Of a stretch of DNA of 64,000 bases, positions 32,073-45,070 are shown piece after piece (position 1 is the first letter of the stretch; each line of letters begins with the position of its first letter). The stretch comes from Candidatus Bathyarchaeota archaeon. Lineage in GTDB: Archaea; Thermoproteota; Bathyarchaeia; Bathyarchaeales; DTEX01. The translations under genes were made by a program, and so were the position numbers. A model generated the notes under the pieces. The model ran no database searches and had not been told where the DNA came from. It was given only the letters and a program-made list of their open reading frames with translations. The stretch covers positions 1-64,000 of the forward strand of contig CAVQNT010000003.1 in assembly GCA_963714275.1 (NCBI GenBank). The letters are read 5' to 3'.

Positions 32073-32354
32073 AGTCCAAGTTATTTAGAAAGCAAATTTG
32101 TTATGGTGTCTTCAGCAGGTTAGAAGCGTTTTAGTCAGCTAACTAGTGAGCTTAACTTTATCTTCACAGACCGCTTATGTTTTAGTCTGTTAATGTCTCA
32201 TAAGCTGACGGATTTCGAGATGTTTGCTGCCATAATCTCCTCGTTGTTTGGCGTCTTCACGAAAGCTGGGACATTCCTCTGTTTCGTCGCCTTGTAAGAA
32301 ACAAAAAGTCATTCACCAAGATCCAGACTCTGTTGTTTTATCAAGCAGCCCGAC

Positions 32355-33047
32355 TTACTCTTCTATCATTTGGCAAAAATATACCCTATATCCCCTTTGC
32401 TCAGATGGTGAGCTTATAAAAGAAGAGTTGTCTCGTTTTTTGTAGAAGTATAGTCCTAATGCAATTATGGTCAAGACAATTATAATGACTCCAAAGAACA
32501 TGTATACAAAATACCACGGTATCGGGTCGATAATTGCGAAGGTTTCGATGCTATCCTCGAAGTTGGAAAGGAACTGCTGGTATCGAGCTGTGACAGCAGC
32601 GTACGTTACAATATATATCCTCAGGTTCCTGACCATCATGACCATGTTAATCATGAGATCATACCCCCCTGTGGAGACAGCGGCAACAATCTCATAAGCG
32701 TTGACACCATTGATGATCCTCTCGGACTCGGAAATGATAAAGGAACTGTTGAACATTGTTGGATACTGGTCCTTGATGGATGTAGCCAAATCTTCCAGTG
32801 TTATATCAGACGAAGTGGTTTCAATATTGATCTGAATCAGTACAAGGCCTTCATCCTCCCATGTCGGCTCGAAGAAGGTTACCATAGCAGTTCCCGATGT
32901 TGTCTCATTAATAGTCCATCCTGAAGGTTCCTCAATCGAAAAAAAGTTCGCATTACTTGTATAAGCATGCACGGAATCCACAGAAACATGTAACAAAAGA
33001 ATAATGACCGCAACCGTCAACGTTTTCTTTATACCTAGAACCATCAA
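32355..33047 (-). CDS. Secreted PsbP/Mog1-like domain protein with C-terminal TM helix
   Basis: Signal peptide, FSIEEPSGW, INGVNAYEI, YIVTY..YQQFL..F...IETF, then a TM segment. Confidence 0.65.
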   Translation of the reverse strand: MMVLGIKKTLTVAVIILLLHVSVDSVHAYTSNANFFSIEEPSGWTINETTSGTAMVTFFEPTWEDEGLVLIQINIETTSSDITLEDLATSIKDQYPTMFNSSFIISESERIINGVNAYEIVAAVSTGGYDLMINMVMMVRNLRIYIVTYAAVTARYQQFLSNFEDSIETFAIIDPIPWYFVYMFFGVIIIVLTIIALGLYFYKKRDNSSFISSPSEQRGYRVYFCQMIEE

Positions 33048-33259
33048 ATAGCCTCATTTTCTGCATTATTCAAAAAGTGCTCTTAATAGCCTTTTGCATC
33101 ATTGTTCGAAAAAACAAAAAAACCACCAAAATGGTAACTTTTTAACATACAATGGTGACCATGTTTACAATGAAGGTAAGTATCTTAACTACAACAATCT
33201 TAATGAAAACCTAACCTAATAATGAATAGAGTATATTAATCCAAAAATAAGGAGGAAAA

Positions 33260-34634
33260 ATGATGAATAATCGAAGTAATATGTCTATTCAACTTCATCC
33301 CGATAATCTGCATTATTTCTTGTTTCGAGGCAAACCTACTATTCTCGTAACCTCAGGAGAGCACTATGGGGCGGTATTAAACCTCGATTTTGATTACACG
33401 TCGTATCTTAAAGAATTACATTCTAACGGACTTAACCACACACGTCTTTTTTCTGGCGTCTATCGTGAAGTTTCTGAGTCATTTGGTATTACGGATAATA
33501 CGCTAGCTCCATCACAAGACTGCTACATTTGCCCTTGGGTACGTAGTAGTGTATCAGGCTGCTACGATGGAGGAAATAAATTTAACTTAACCAAATGGAA
33601 TGAAGCATACTTTGAACGCTTAAGAGATTTTTTCACTCAAGCCAGCTATCTAGGCATTGTGGTGGAGATGAATCTTTTCTGTCCCTTCTATACTGAGGAA
33701 CTTTGGAACGTAAATCCTATGAACGCAACTAACAACATCAACAATGTTGGTGATTGTGATAGAACTGAGGTTTACACCCTTAAGCATAAAGACTTAACCA
33801 TGGTGCAGGAAGTCGTTACCCGAAAAATCGTTCAGGAACTCAAGGGCTTCGATAATCTTTACTACGAGGTTTGCAACGAGCCATATGCAAGCGTAGTGAC
33901 GACGGATTGGCAGCACAACATCGTCGACATAATAGTTGATGAAGAAAAGGAATTCGCAGCCAAACACCTGATTTCAATGAACATCGCTAATGGAAGGGCG
34001 AAAATTCAGAATCCTCACCCCGCAGTCTCTATTTTCAACTTCCATTACACCCACCCGCCTGACACAATCGAAATGAACTACAGAATAAACAAGGTCATAG
34101 GAGAAAATGAAACCGGCTTCCGTGGTAAAGAAGACGTACTTTACCGCACCGAAGGCTGGGACTTTCATCGCAGGCGGCGCACTTTACAATAACCTAGATT
34201 ACTCCTTCACCTGCAAACATCCAAAAGGAACATTATCAGAATATAACTCTCCCGGCGGAGGCAGCCCAAAACTGCGTCACCAACTAAAAATTCTGAAGGA
34301 CTTCATAAACAACTTCAATTTCATCAAGATGAAACCAGACAATAAGGTTATTAAAGGTGGATACGTCAGCAGTCCATTGTCTGGCACTCCAACTCAAGCT
34401 AACATTACAGCTCGTGTCTTAGTAGAAGCAGGTGAACAGTATGCGATCTACGTTAATGGTGGTACAAAGGTCGACGTAAAAATAAGCCTCCCTAAAGGTC
34501 ACTATTATGCGGAATGGGTAGACACGAAAACCGGAAGAATAGAGAAGACCGAAGAGTTTAACCATGCTAGCGGAAACAAAATACTTTTTTCGCCAGATTA
34601 TAAAGAGGATATAGCATTACGAATAATAACATAA
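33260..34634 (+). CDS. GH5-like (clan A) glycoside hydrolase with C-terminal beta domain, frameshifted
   Basis: HPDN.HYFLFRGKP, WNEAYFERL, YEVCNEP acid/base motif, FNFHY, GENETGF. Confidence 0.75.
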
Positions 34635-34880
34635 AAAAAATAAGCTTGCTAGAGCGAATTAGCGCGCGCGCAAGAAGCCTCTGGACTCTTATGACACCGT
34701 ATTGAAAATGGAGCTAGATGGAAAACCTGAGACGGTCACTAACTTCCGACAAATACCTTAGATGCCAAATTTTATTTTATATTACGATTTTCGCATAAAG
34801 GAGCTAATGGTAAACACATACACTGAAGGTATGCTAGTTAGCATAAGCTGGTGGTAGTGATTCGAGGAACCCGATTTTTC

Positions 34881-35856
34881 CTAATGTTGATAAATCTCAA
34901 GATTTAACCAGGCGCGTTCACTTTCTGTTAAAGAATGGTTAAACGCTTTGATATTATCCTCCAACTCTTGACGGTTTGCTGCGCCAACTATGGGAAACAC
35001 GTTCAACTTAGAACCAAGGATGTAGGCAAGCACAAGTTGAGGGACACTTATCCCCTTTTCTTTAGAGAGAAGTAACGTTCGTTCTAGTCTCCTGAAGTTT
35101 TGTTCATGACAATATGCCTTAAGACATGCCTCATCCAGTGTCGATTTTTGCTCCTCGAAATTGTCAGGAGTAATTCGTCCTGAAAAAAGACCACGAGCAA
35201 GACTTGAGTATGCTAAAATTGGCATCTGATTCGCTATGTACCACTCTTGTGCCTTAAGGTTCATAGGACCACTTATACTCACACAACCTCCTCCCCAAGG
35301 ATCCTCTACCTGTTCAGCCAAACTATAATTAGGGCTACTAGCAACAAAAGGGGTTAAACCATGCTTTCTAGCATATTTGTTTGCTTCAATAATGCGTTGG
35401 TGTGTCCAGTTTGATCCACCAAAGGCATGAATTATGCCCGCTTGTAAATGTTCATTCAGTATTTCCACGATCGGACCCACTGAAACTGCTGGGTCATCTC
35501 GATGAAGCATATACAAGTCAATGTAGTCAGTCTTTAACCGAGCTAGTGAGTCGTATAGGTCAGAGGTTAAGTCAAAGGGGGTCACACGTGAACGATCAGC
35601 ATTAGGATGGCATCCTTTAGAAATAATAACAACCTTGTCTCGATTTCCGCGCTTTTGCATCCACTGACCTAATCCACGTTCGCTATCACCTCCAGCATAT
35701 ACATGTGCAGTATCGAAAGCCTGTATAGCCTAACTCAAAAGCAGCATCAAGAAGCTCAAAACTCCGTCCAAGGTCTCGTACTGATATGATCATTGTTCCT
35801 AAGACTAGCCGTGAAACAGGCTTAGTAACACCAGAGATAGTTCCATTCATCAACAT
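34881..35856 (-). CDS. Aldo/keto reductase, frameshifted
   Basis: SRLVLGT, FDTAHVY, SKG, DYIDLYMLHRDD, GGSNW, AYSSLARG. Confidence 0.9.
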
Positions 35857-36845
35857 GTGTAATCCACTTTTTTCTCCATTGGGTAGGTTAACCCAATCAA
35901 AGCACGCACATGATCCATAGTCTGTACAATAGCGAGTGATTCGTCCAAAGGCATCCTCGAACTTTCAGTTTTCCCAGCTTTTAGACAAGACATAACTTCA
36001 GCTGCCTCAAAGTGGTATCCTGCTTCTCCCAAATTTTTCACCGGATCCTTACCTTCTATTTCTAAAACCGCAGAAGTAGTATGCCAGAAGCCTGGAATGT
36101 GAATAGAACCTAAAGTTCCTAAGATTCTTGCTTCCTGAGGAGTGTTTGTCCGTATTGAGCAGAATAATAATGCTAATGCTCCATCATCATAACGTAATAA
36201 CATAGCAGTCTGTTCATCTACGCCAGTCTCTCCGATATATGCATCAGCCATTACCTGCCTTGGAGAAGCATCATAGACCATGTAAGTAAGGGCAACCGTA
36301 TAAACTCCGACATCTAAAAGCGCCCCACCAGCTAGATTCGGATTTAACAATCGGTCTTGAGGATTCCATCCTGTTCGGAATCCAAAGTCGGATAATAATA
36401 TACGTACATCACCAATGGTCTTCTTCCTTAACCAATCTTTAACCTGTTGTATTACGGGAAGAAAACGGGTCCACATACCTTCCATAAGGAACAATTTTTT
36501 CTTCCGGGCCAATTCCACCATTTCACGTAATTGCCCTTCATTCATAGCCATCGGTTTCTCACAGAGAACCGCCTTATTGTTTTGTAAACATAATAATGTA
36601 TGTTCCTTGTGAAAGGTATGAGGAGTGGCTACATAAATAACATCAACATCGGGATCTGTTACTAATTTATCATAATTACCGTATGACCGTGCTATACCGA
36701 ATGTCTGGGCAAATTTATTAGCCCTTGCTTTAGAACGAGAGCCAACTGCAAGAAGATTGGCTTCCGGAAGGTTTACTAAATCAGTCGCGAATTTTGTAGC
36801 GATTCGACCAGGACCGAGGATTCCCCAGTTGATTATGCTTTTCAT
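35850..36845 (-). CDS. Gfo/Idh/MocA oxidoreductase (dihydrodiol / D-xylose dehydrogenase-like)
   Basis: WGILGPGRIA, CEKP, MEGMWTRFLP, GGALLDVGVY. Confidence 0.92.
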   Translation of the reverse strand: MKSIINWGILGPGRIATKFATDLVNLPEANLLAVGSRSKARANKFAQTFGIARSYGNYDKLVTDPDVDVIYVATPHTFHKEHTLLCLQNNKAVLCEKPMAMNEGQLREMVELARKKKLFLMEGMWTRFLPVIQQVKDWLRKKTIGDVRILLSDFGFRTGWNPQDRLLNPNLAGGALLDVGVYTVALTYMVYDASPRQVMADAYIGETGVDEQTAMLLRYDDGALALLFCSIRTNTPQEARILGTLGSIHIPGFWHTTSAVLEIEGKDPVKNLGEAGYHFEAAEVMSCLKAGKTESSRMPLDESLAIVQTMDHVRALIGLTYPMEKKVDYTC

Positions 36846-37200
36846 TACATCCCATATTTTTCACTTAATCTATTTATAGGCAATCGTAGAAAGAGTCGAT
36901 TTAATTATCGAGGGTGTTCTATAAATCTGCGTAAAAACTTTGGTATTGAAGACTTGAACTTGGAGACTTAAACTTTAAACCACGTATAATGTTTATTATC
37001 GCCAGCAATTAGGAGGTAAAACATCAATATTTAGGGTTGTAAGAAAAATTTTGTTATGTTTAAATTTTTTTCAGAAATAGAAGAAGAATTTAAATCGTAA
37101 AGTACATTTCTAATCAGATTTCGAATAAAAAAATGTTTTGGAGAAACTGAAAAGATAAGCTTCCTCAGACTTCTGAGAATTACATAACCTTCAGTTAAGA

Positions 37201-37290
37201 AGAAGAACGGAGAAGACCGAAGAGTTTAACCATACAGGTGGAAATAAACACTTGTTTCTCCAGATTATGAAGAGGACATAGCGTTACGAT
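37201..37290 (+). pseudogene. Relic copy of the 3' end of the GH5-like gene (34533-34625)
   Basis: GAGAAGACCGAAGAGTTTAACCAT is identical. Translates EKTEEFNHTGGN.TLVSPDYEEDIALR versus EKTEEFNHASGNKILFSPDYKEDIALR. Confidence 0.85.
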
Positions 37291-37382
37291 TAACTAGCTT
37301 TTTCTGTGGTCATCATTTCTATTCAATGAGTTGAAAAGTTTTAAATTTACTTACATTTATCTTCTAGGCTAGGTTTAGCGAA

Positions 37383-38499
37383 ATGTGGGATTTAAGGTAT
37401 CAAAAACAGAGAAGAACAAAAGAGGAACTCATTAAACATCTAAACGAGTTTAACCTTGACCTTAAATTTAGTGTTGGAATTTGGTACTTTAGCTCTATGG
37501 GAAGTAGGTTTCATGAACCTTACGGAGATCCAAAAAATGTCGAAGAAAGGCTAGATATAATTAAGGAAACAGCAGAATATGGAGTCAAGGCTGTAGAGGC
37601 ACATTATCCCAGTGAAGTCAACGAGGAGAATCTTCATCAATATAAGCAACTGGAAAAAGAAACTGGGATCAAACTCGTCAACGTTGGACCTTTTGCTTTT
37701 TACAGCAGAGATTTTGAATTTGGTTCCCTTTCTAACCCTTCTGAAAAACGTCGTAGAAAGGCTCAGGAGATGCTTGTTGGCTGTTTGAGGCTTGTAAAAG
37801 ACTCCGGTGCCACTCACTGCGGTATATGGCCTGGCATCGATGGATACACTTACTCTTTTGGAACAGTTTTTTACCAGATGTGGGATTTTTTTGAAAGGGC
37901 ATTAGCTGAAGTTATGGATCAAGTTCCCGGAGTCACGGTGGCTATTGAAACCAAGCCTTATGAACCTGTGCCAAACAACATTTACAGAAATACGTCGGAT
38001 GGAATTATAGCAGTCTAGAGATATTGAAACTAGATTGAAATCGAAGACTAACCAGGACCTTCTTGAGAAAGGATACGCCTTAGTTGGGCTTCAACCTGAA
38101 ATAGGTCACATACTTATGGGTTTTGAGGATGCTGCTTATGCTTTTAGTAGAATAGCGAGAGAAGGAAGGTTGGTTCATACTCACTGGAACAGCCAACCGT
38201 CGGGCAATTATGATCAAGATCTGAATGTTGGAGTCCTAGGATGGGAGCAAGCTGAGGCAGCTTTGTATGCTTTGAAGGCAATAGGTTATCGTGGTTACTT
38301 TGGAATAGACATTAACCCGGAAAGAATGCCGCCGTTGAAAGCCATCGAGATTAACACCAAGGTGCTTAGGATAATGAACGAAAGAATCAACAATCTTCCT
38401 CACGAAGAAATTGTCGAATGCTACTATGATCCAGAAAGACATAGAGGAGATTTGGAATTAATATTAGCTGGAGCAAAAAAGAAAGGGGCAAAAAATTAA
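37383..38499 (+). CDS. xylA: Xylose isomerase-family protein, frameshifted
   Basis: WPGIDG, ETKPYEP, PEIGH, HWN.Q...YDQDL metal-binding motifs. Adjacent to xylulokinase. Confidence 0.75.
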
Positions 38500-38579
38500 A
38501 TTAAAACTTACGGGTTTCCTAGAATTGAACATCTCGTGATGTTGAATATTTAAATATAGAAAACTTTCACAATTTTATA

Positions 38580-40105
38580 TTGAAAGAAATGGTTCAGTTA
38601 ATGGGAATTGATGTAGGTACATCAAGCACTAAAGTTTTAGTTGTCAACGAGAACGGAAATGTTAATGCTAATGCTTCCTGTGACTATCCTATTTCAAATC
38701 CCTCTCCAGACTGGGCTGAACAAGACCCAGAATGGTGGTGGAACGCTGTTAGAATTGGAGTTAAGAAAATTTCGAGTCTTTCCAAAGTTAAATTATCCAA
38801 TATTTCAGCTATCGGTCTTACAGGACAGATGCATGGAACTGTCTTGCTTGGAAGAGACCTCAAACCACTAAGACAATCCATAATTTGGGCGGATAAAAGA
38901 AGCATCCCTCAATGCAAGGAAATCTATGAAAGAATTGGCAAGAAAGAGATTCAAAAAACACTGTGTAACCCGATTATGCCAGGATTTATGGCTGCTTCTT
39001 TGCTTTGGATAAAGGAAAATGAACCTTCAATCTTCAAAAAGGCTTTCAAAGTTCTCCCGCCTAAAGATTATATTAGGTTCAGACTAACAGATTCCTGTAT
39101 TACGGATGTCTCTGATGCTTCAGCAACGCTTCTTTTTGATATAAAAAGAAGGAAATGGGCAAGTCAGATACTTTCAACACTTGGATTTTCGTCGGAGTTA
39201 TTTCCTGAATTCTTTGAATCTGTCAATGTAACCGGCGAAGTATCAGCTGACGCCTCCAACGAAACTGGTTTACCTAAGGGACTCCCAGTCATAGCTGGAG
39301 GAGGAGACTCTCCAGTTGGAGCAGTGGGTTGTGGAGCCATAAAAGAAGGCATAGTCTCTTCAAACATAGGCACTGGAGGACAGATTTTCACCACGCTAAA
39401 TAAGCCTGAAGCTGATCCGTTAAGTCGGATTCATACTTTCTGTCACGCTGTTCCGGGGAAATGGCATCTTCAAGGAGCAATTTTGGCAGCTGGCTTATCA
39501 TTAAGATGGTTTAAAGAAAATCTTGGTCAAATGGAACAGACCTTGGGAAATCTCTGTAACACTGATCCCTACAATCTACTTTCCAAAGAAGCTGAATTAG
39601 CAGAGCCTGGTTGTAAGGGTTTGATTTTTGTTCCTTATCTCCTTGGGGAACGTTCACCTCACATGGATCCTAACGCAAGAGGCGTTTTGTATGGTTTAAG
39701 TTTGGAACATAAAAGGTCGCACTTGGTTAGGTCAGTCATGGAAGGTGTTGTTTATGCTCTCAGGGATTCATTGGAAATCTTCAGGGAATTGGGAGTTAAA
39801 GCTGAAAAGGTTATCGCTCGAGGAGGCGGAGTGAGGAGCTCATTATGGAGGCAGATCCAGACTGATATCTTCAATATGGAAGTGATTTCTACGAATGTCA
39901 AGGAGGAAGTCGCTTATGGAGTGCGCTTCTTGCCGGAGTCGGTGTCGGCATTTATGATGATTTAGAAAAGGCATGCCAAGAAACTATTCGTACTTCTAAC
40001 AAAGAGATGCCAAATTCTAAAAGAACAAAAGTTTATGATGAATATTACAAGATTTATACTAGATTGTATTCCGCGTTAAAAAACATCAATACTATTCTAA
40101 TGTAA
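38580..40105 (+). CDS. xylB: Xylulokinase (FGGY family), 3' frameshift
   Basis: GIDVGTSSTK, GLTGQMHG, PKDYIR, GGGD, HTFCHAVPG, PYLLGERSP, EGVVY. Confidence 0.92.
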
Positions 40106-40256
40106 GAAGTCTTTTGGATAGTTTTCAATATCCTATAATTTTTATTAAAGACATTTCATCCTCTCGATGTTTTACCGAGATTTAAGGTAATAAAAGTCTC
40201 TTATGAAAAAATAAATTGGATAAACAATAATTTTAAAATTGTGAATACTGAACATA

Positions 40257-41277
40257 TTGAGAAAGAAGAAAATGAATAGTCGAGAACGTGTGATAAAGGC
40301 TGTAGAATTTAAGGGACCAGACCGTGTGCCTAACGGTTGCTATTGGCTACCAGGAGCCTTTAATAAGTATGATGGAGAGTTGGAGAACCTGTTTCTCCGC
40401 TACCCAAAAGACTTTCACCAATTCGTAGTAGCTTCTCAAGATCGTGGCTACCCTATCAAGAGGGCATTAACAAAGATATCTGGGGATGTGTCTGGAAAAA
40501 CATTAAACCAGGAATTCTTGGACGCATCATTGAACATCCATTATCTGACTGGAAAAATCTAGAAAATTGTAAGCTGCCTGACCCTTCTGGACTCATCAAC
40601 TTCAACGAGACTAATAAAAAATATACGTCTAAATAAACACGAACGCTACATTTTAGGAGACTCAGAAAACTTCTTTGAACGGCTACATTGGTTACGCGGT
40701 TACGAAAAAACATTAATAGACATAACGACAGGCAGTAAAGAATTCAAAAAGTTAATTGACGCCATGTTCAATTTAAAGGTCAATTTCATTAAACGTTGGT
40801 TTGAGCTCTGACATTGATGGTCTCTACTTCTCAGACGAAAGGGGAACCATGCAAGGGCTAATGATAAATCCGAAACTTTGGCGCGCATACTTCAAGCCTT
40901 GCTACCAAAAAATGTTCGACATTGTACATAAGGCTGGAAAACACGTATTCTTTCACAGCGACGGAAAAGTCATAGACATCATACCAGACTTCATTGAAAT
41001 GGGGGTTGACGCAATAAATGTCCAAGTGAACCTCATAGGCATCGACAAAATAAGCAAAGAATTCGGCGGAAAAATTTGCATTCTCGCTGATGTTGACCGA
41101 CAATTTATTCTTCCATTCAGTACAGTGGATGGAGTAAGGGATCACATAAAAAACATAATTCAATCTTTAGCACATTTCAATGGCGGATTAATAGCATGGG
41201 GAGAAATAGGACCAGATGTCCCATTATCAAACGCAGAAGCTTATGCTACAGGCATTTGCAGAATATGGGAAATATGA
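40257..41277 (+). CDS. Uroporphyrinogen decarboxylase / MtaA-CmuA family protein, frameshifted
   Basis: MNSRERV..PDRVP, DIWGCVW, FFERLHWLRG, FHSDG, DVDRQ, GGLI. Confidence 0.82.
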
Positions 41278-41315
41278 AAAAGCACAACAACATAATTTCA
41301 TCAAATAAATTTGGT

Positions 41316-42673
41316 TTAATAGAAAGTTTTGTCCTGAATACGCCTTAGCTTCAAAAGAAAGGAATCCTCGTTCAATTCAACATCATCATAAGTCAGTACG
41401 CCATCTGATGGAACCTTTTTCGCCACATGAATGTTTTCAGCTAATCCGAGTGGCAGAAGATTTTCATTCCTGGCAACATCCGCTTTTTCTGCAAGTCCAT
41501 ACAATGTGTATCCTCCTCCGCCGTCTAAAAGGTCTCCAGGTTTTAGAGATCTCTTTGTTGCAGCTGAAAACCTCAGCTGAAGGCACAGTTGGTAGCGGAC
41601 AACCTGTAGGCTCATTATATAAAACGGCTCGAATCAGCGAGATTGAGGCTTCAAGACCTGCCCAATGATATGGGCGATAAACCAGCGCGTTTTTGCCTTT
41701 TCCGCCTCTTGGCGACTCATACGTTTTAAAGAGTCCTCTTACGTCTCTGCTGTCGCTGGTGACTACAACAAAGACTCCCCATCGGATATCGTTTTTGACC
41801 TGCGTTCCGTCCGGTCGAACACGGGTGATAACATCGATGACACCCTCGTCTTCTAGAATGCCGCCATCTTTTTTCAAGCTGAAGAAGCTTAGGTACATCC
41901 TTTATTGAGCCCAGCGGAAAATGCATACCCCTAATATCTGGCTTAAGCCCTGTTGCGTTGCAGACTGCAACCATCTCCACAGCACACTTAGTCGTGTCGA
42001 TAAAGGAATTATACATTTTAGGGTTCAGTTTCAAACGGTCAATCTCTTCTTGCGTGAACCCGAACCTTTGCAATGAGTCGGCGGGGGTCCCATGTCTCCA
42101 TTCAAGCCTTGCTGCTGTTCCTTCACCTGCAGCCACTACCTTGAACCCTGAGGAAACAGCCCAGTTGTAGAGTTCGCATATTAGAGCTGGCTGGTCTCCA
42201 TAGGCTTGGCTGTAGACGACACCTTGCTCTTTCGCTATTTTAGACAATATGGGTCCAACAACGCATTCGGCTTCCACAGTAGCCATCACAATGTTCTTTC
42301 CACTGTTTATCGCGTCATAAGCATGTTTTGCCGCAACTTCTGGCACACCCGTTGACTCAAGGATGACATCCACATCGCTTTTTATTAGCACATCACTCTT
42401 TTTTGTTATAACAGGAATCTTCTTCTCTATGTGATGGTTTGCTGAGTCAACATCGTTTACTTTTATTATTTCCCGAGGCTTTCGATGGGCAAACCTTACG
42501 AATCCACGAGTTGCCTTATCTTCGTCGATGTCGGCTATGATAGAAACTGTCATTCCCGGAATTCTGGAAACTTGCCCTATTGTTGAACAACCGAAGAATC
42601 CCGCGCCAATTACGCCTACCTTGATAGGAGTGCCACTTTTTTCAAGGTCAATTAGCTTATACCTCATAATCAT
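41316..42673 (-). CDS. Homoserine-dehydrogenase-like NAD(P)-dependent oxidoreductase with C-terminal SAF domain, frameshifted
   Basis: GVIGAGFFG, GDQP, NPKMYNSFID.TK, YRPYH, LDGGGGYT.YG, LPLGLA. Confidence 0.85.
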
Positions 42674-42728
42674 ACACTTAAGTAAAATATTTGAACACTC
42701 AAGAAATAAGGATTTAAAATGTTAGGTC

Positions 42729-43767
42729 GTGACACTGATGAAGGTTTTAGTTATTGGCGGTACGGGTCTAATCAGCGCAGCTGTTACTCGTTTTCTTGTT
42801 GAACATGGTGATGATGTGACTATTTATAACCGAGGGAAAAGAGTTGCAGAAGTTCCCAGCAATGTAAAGAGGGTTGTGGGTGACCGTCAAAATTACCCAT
42901 TTTTTAAAAGCCAAATAGTGAAAATGGGAAATTTTGATTGCGTCATTGACATGATCTGTTTTTTGCCTGAGGAAGCTGAAAATGCAGTCCGCATATTTAA
43001 GGGTCGAACTAAACAATACATTTTCTGTAGCACTGTAGACGTATACACTAAACCAGGTAAACAATATCCCGTAACTGAGGATGCTGAAAAGAAACCTCAA
43101 ACAACTTTTTCTTATGCCTTTAACAAGGCTGCGTGTGAAAGAATCCTTTTTGATGCAGATCGCAACAAACATTTTTCTTTGACTGTCATTAGACCAGCCT
43201 ACACTTATGGTGAAGGGGCAGGAATTCTACACACTTTTGGGTGGGGAACATATTTTCTCGACCGCATACGCAAGGGAAAATCTGTCATCGTACATGGTGA
43301 CGGAACCTCTTTTTGGGTAGCCTGCCATCGGGATGATGTGGCTCGAGCGTTTGTTGGGGCAGTGGGCAACGAAAGTGCATTTGGGAAGTCTTATCACGTG
43401 ACTGGCGAAGAATGGATGACGTGGAACAGTTATCATCAAAAGGTTGCTGAAGCCTTGAATGCACCGCTACCTATACTTGTTCATATTCCTACTGATTTTC
43501 TGCGAAAAATTGCGCCAAAACAGGCTGAATTGTGTGCAGAGAACTTTATGTTCAACAACATCTTCGACAACAAAGCAGTCGAAGTCTGACTTAAGCTTTA
43601 GATATACTGTTCCTTGGGTTGAAGGAGTCAGGCGAGTTGTAAGTTGGTTGGAGAACCATGGAGGATTAGAAAACAGCGACGACTTCCTGTTTTATGACCA
43701 AATTTTAGAAGCTTGGCAACGACTCAGTGAAAACATGAAGACCCAGTTGTCAGGCATAATTCTTTAG
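42729..43767 (+). CDS. NAD-dependent epimerase/dehydratase, 3' frameshift
   Basis: IGGTGLIS, YAFNK (YxxxK), RPAYTYG, DDVARAF. Confidence 0.9.
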
Positions 43768-43901
43768 CCCAATTAATAATCATTTTTGCATAATACTCTA
43801 GAGGCAAATGGAAAACATGGCTTCCTATTTGCCTTCTATTTAATAAACCATTTATAGTAAAAGGAAAACAAAATCTTTCTAATTGTAAACACACTCTGAT
43901 T

Positions 43902-44975
43902 GTGACCATTATGGCGACTTTGGATAATGCGTTTAGTTCGTCTTTGCCGCTGATTCCAAAACCAAAAATTGATTTGTCGAAGGTGCCTAGACTCGTTATG
44001 GCATTTTATCATGATTGGTACGGAAACGTTTCTGGTCCATCTGGCCAATGGGCTCATTGGGATCATCCGATTTGGGTTACGAGTACTGGGCAGGAAGTTG
44101 GAAGGCATAATCCGAACAATTATGTTAATTCCAAGCGGAGAGACATTGGGGCAACTAACTATCCACTAAAAGGCCCTTACGATAGCAGAGATCAAGAGAT
44201 AATTAAATGGCACATTAAGTCAGCTCACGAAGCAGGCATAGACGTCTTTGCCATTGATTGGTGGGGAGATACGAGTAACAAAGAATTTACAGATGCGACC
44301 ATGAAGATCCTTATGGACCTAAATGAAGAAGAGGATCTGGGAATGAAGTTTTGCATCCTTTTTGATGGGCTTTGGGGTCATCCGCAGCCACCATTACTCG
44401 ATATAACAATTACAAGGTTGAAGTATGCGATTAAGAAGTACGGAAATAGAACATCTTACCTTAAAGTGGAAGGTTTACCTGTCTTCTTCATTTATGCGAC
44501 AGAGGTTTATGCCGTCAACACGTGGAGCGACATAATATCTACAATTAGGCACGACGGTTATTCTGCACTTTTCTTCAGTGATGCTTTCAAAGAAGAATAC
44601 GCTGAAGTGTTTGATGGATTACAAAATTATGCACCTCCCGGATTGTTTGTTCCAAAACAAAATTTCACGAAAGCTTACCTTAACATAGCGCAATTAGCAA
44701 AAAAACGAAGTGAACCTTACGGATTTGCTGTAATTCCTGGATACAATGACACTAAGGTTAGACAGCCCGGCATGATAGTCTCCCGAGAAAACGGCGCGAC
44801 ATATGAAAAGACATGGAAAGCTGTCCTCTCCAGTGGCTGCCAATGGGCTCTAATCACTAGCTGGAATGAGTGGCATGAAGGAACAGAAATTGAACCAAGT
44901 ATAGAATATGGACATCAATATCTAGAGATGACAAAAAATTACTCAAAAATTTTTAAAACTGAAAGGAACCCATAA
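43902..44975 (+). CDS. Glycoside hydrolase family 99-like (endo-alpha-mannosidase/mannanase)
   Basis: AFYHDWYG, YPLKGPYDS.D, AGID.F..DWW, PGYND, ITSWNEWHEGTEIEP. Confidence 0.85.
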   Translation: MTIMATLDNAFSSSLPLIPKPKIDLSKVPRLVMAFYHDWYGNVSGPSGQWAHWDHPIWVTSTGQEVGRHNPNNYVNSKRRDIGATNYPLKGPYDSRDQEIIKWHIKSAHEAGIDVFAIDWWGDTSNKEFTDATMKILMDLNEEEDLGMKFCILFDGLWGHPQPPLLDITITRLKYAIKKYGNRTSYLKVEGLPVFFIYATEVYAVNTWSDIISTIRHDGYSALFFSDAFKEEYAEVFDGLQNYAPPGLFVPKQNFTKAYLNIAQLAKKRSEPYGFAVIPGYNDTKVRQPGMIVSRENGATYEKTWKAVLSSGCQWALITSWNEWHEGTEIEPSIEYGHQYLEMTKNYSKIFKTERNP

Positions 44976-44992
44976 ATTAGCCGCGTTCTTCA

Positions 44993-45070
44993 AGCGATGA
45001 CCTTTTCAGCCTTAACTCCCAATTCCTTAAAGATCTCCAGTGAATCTCTAAGCATAAACAACACCCCTTC
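44993..45070 (-). pseudogene. 78-bp internal relic of a second xylulokinase allele
   Basis: Reverse complement aligns to xylB 39741-39818 (EGVVYALRDSLEIF.ELGVKAEKVIA). Confidence 0.85.
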
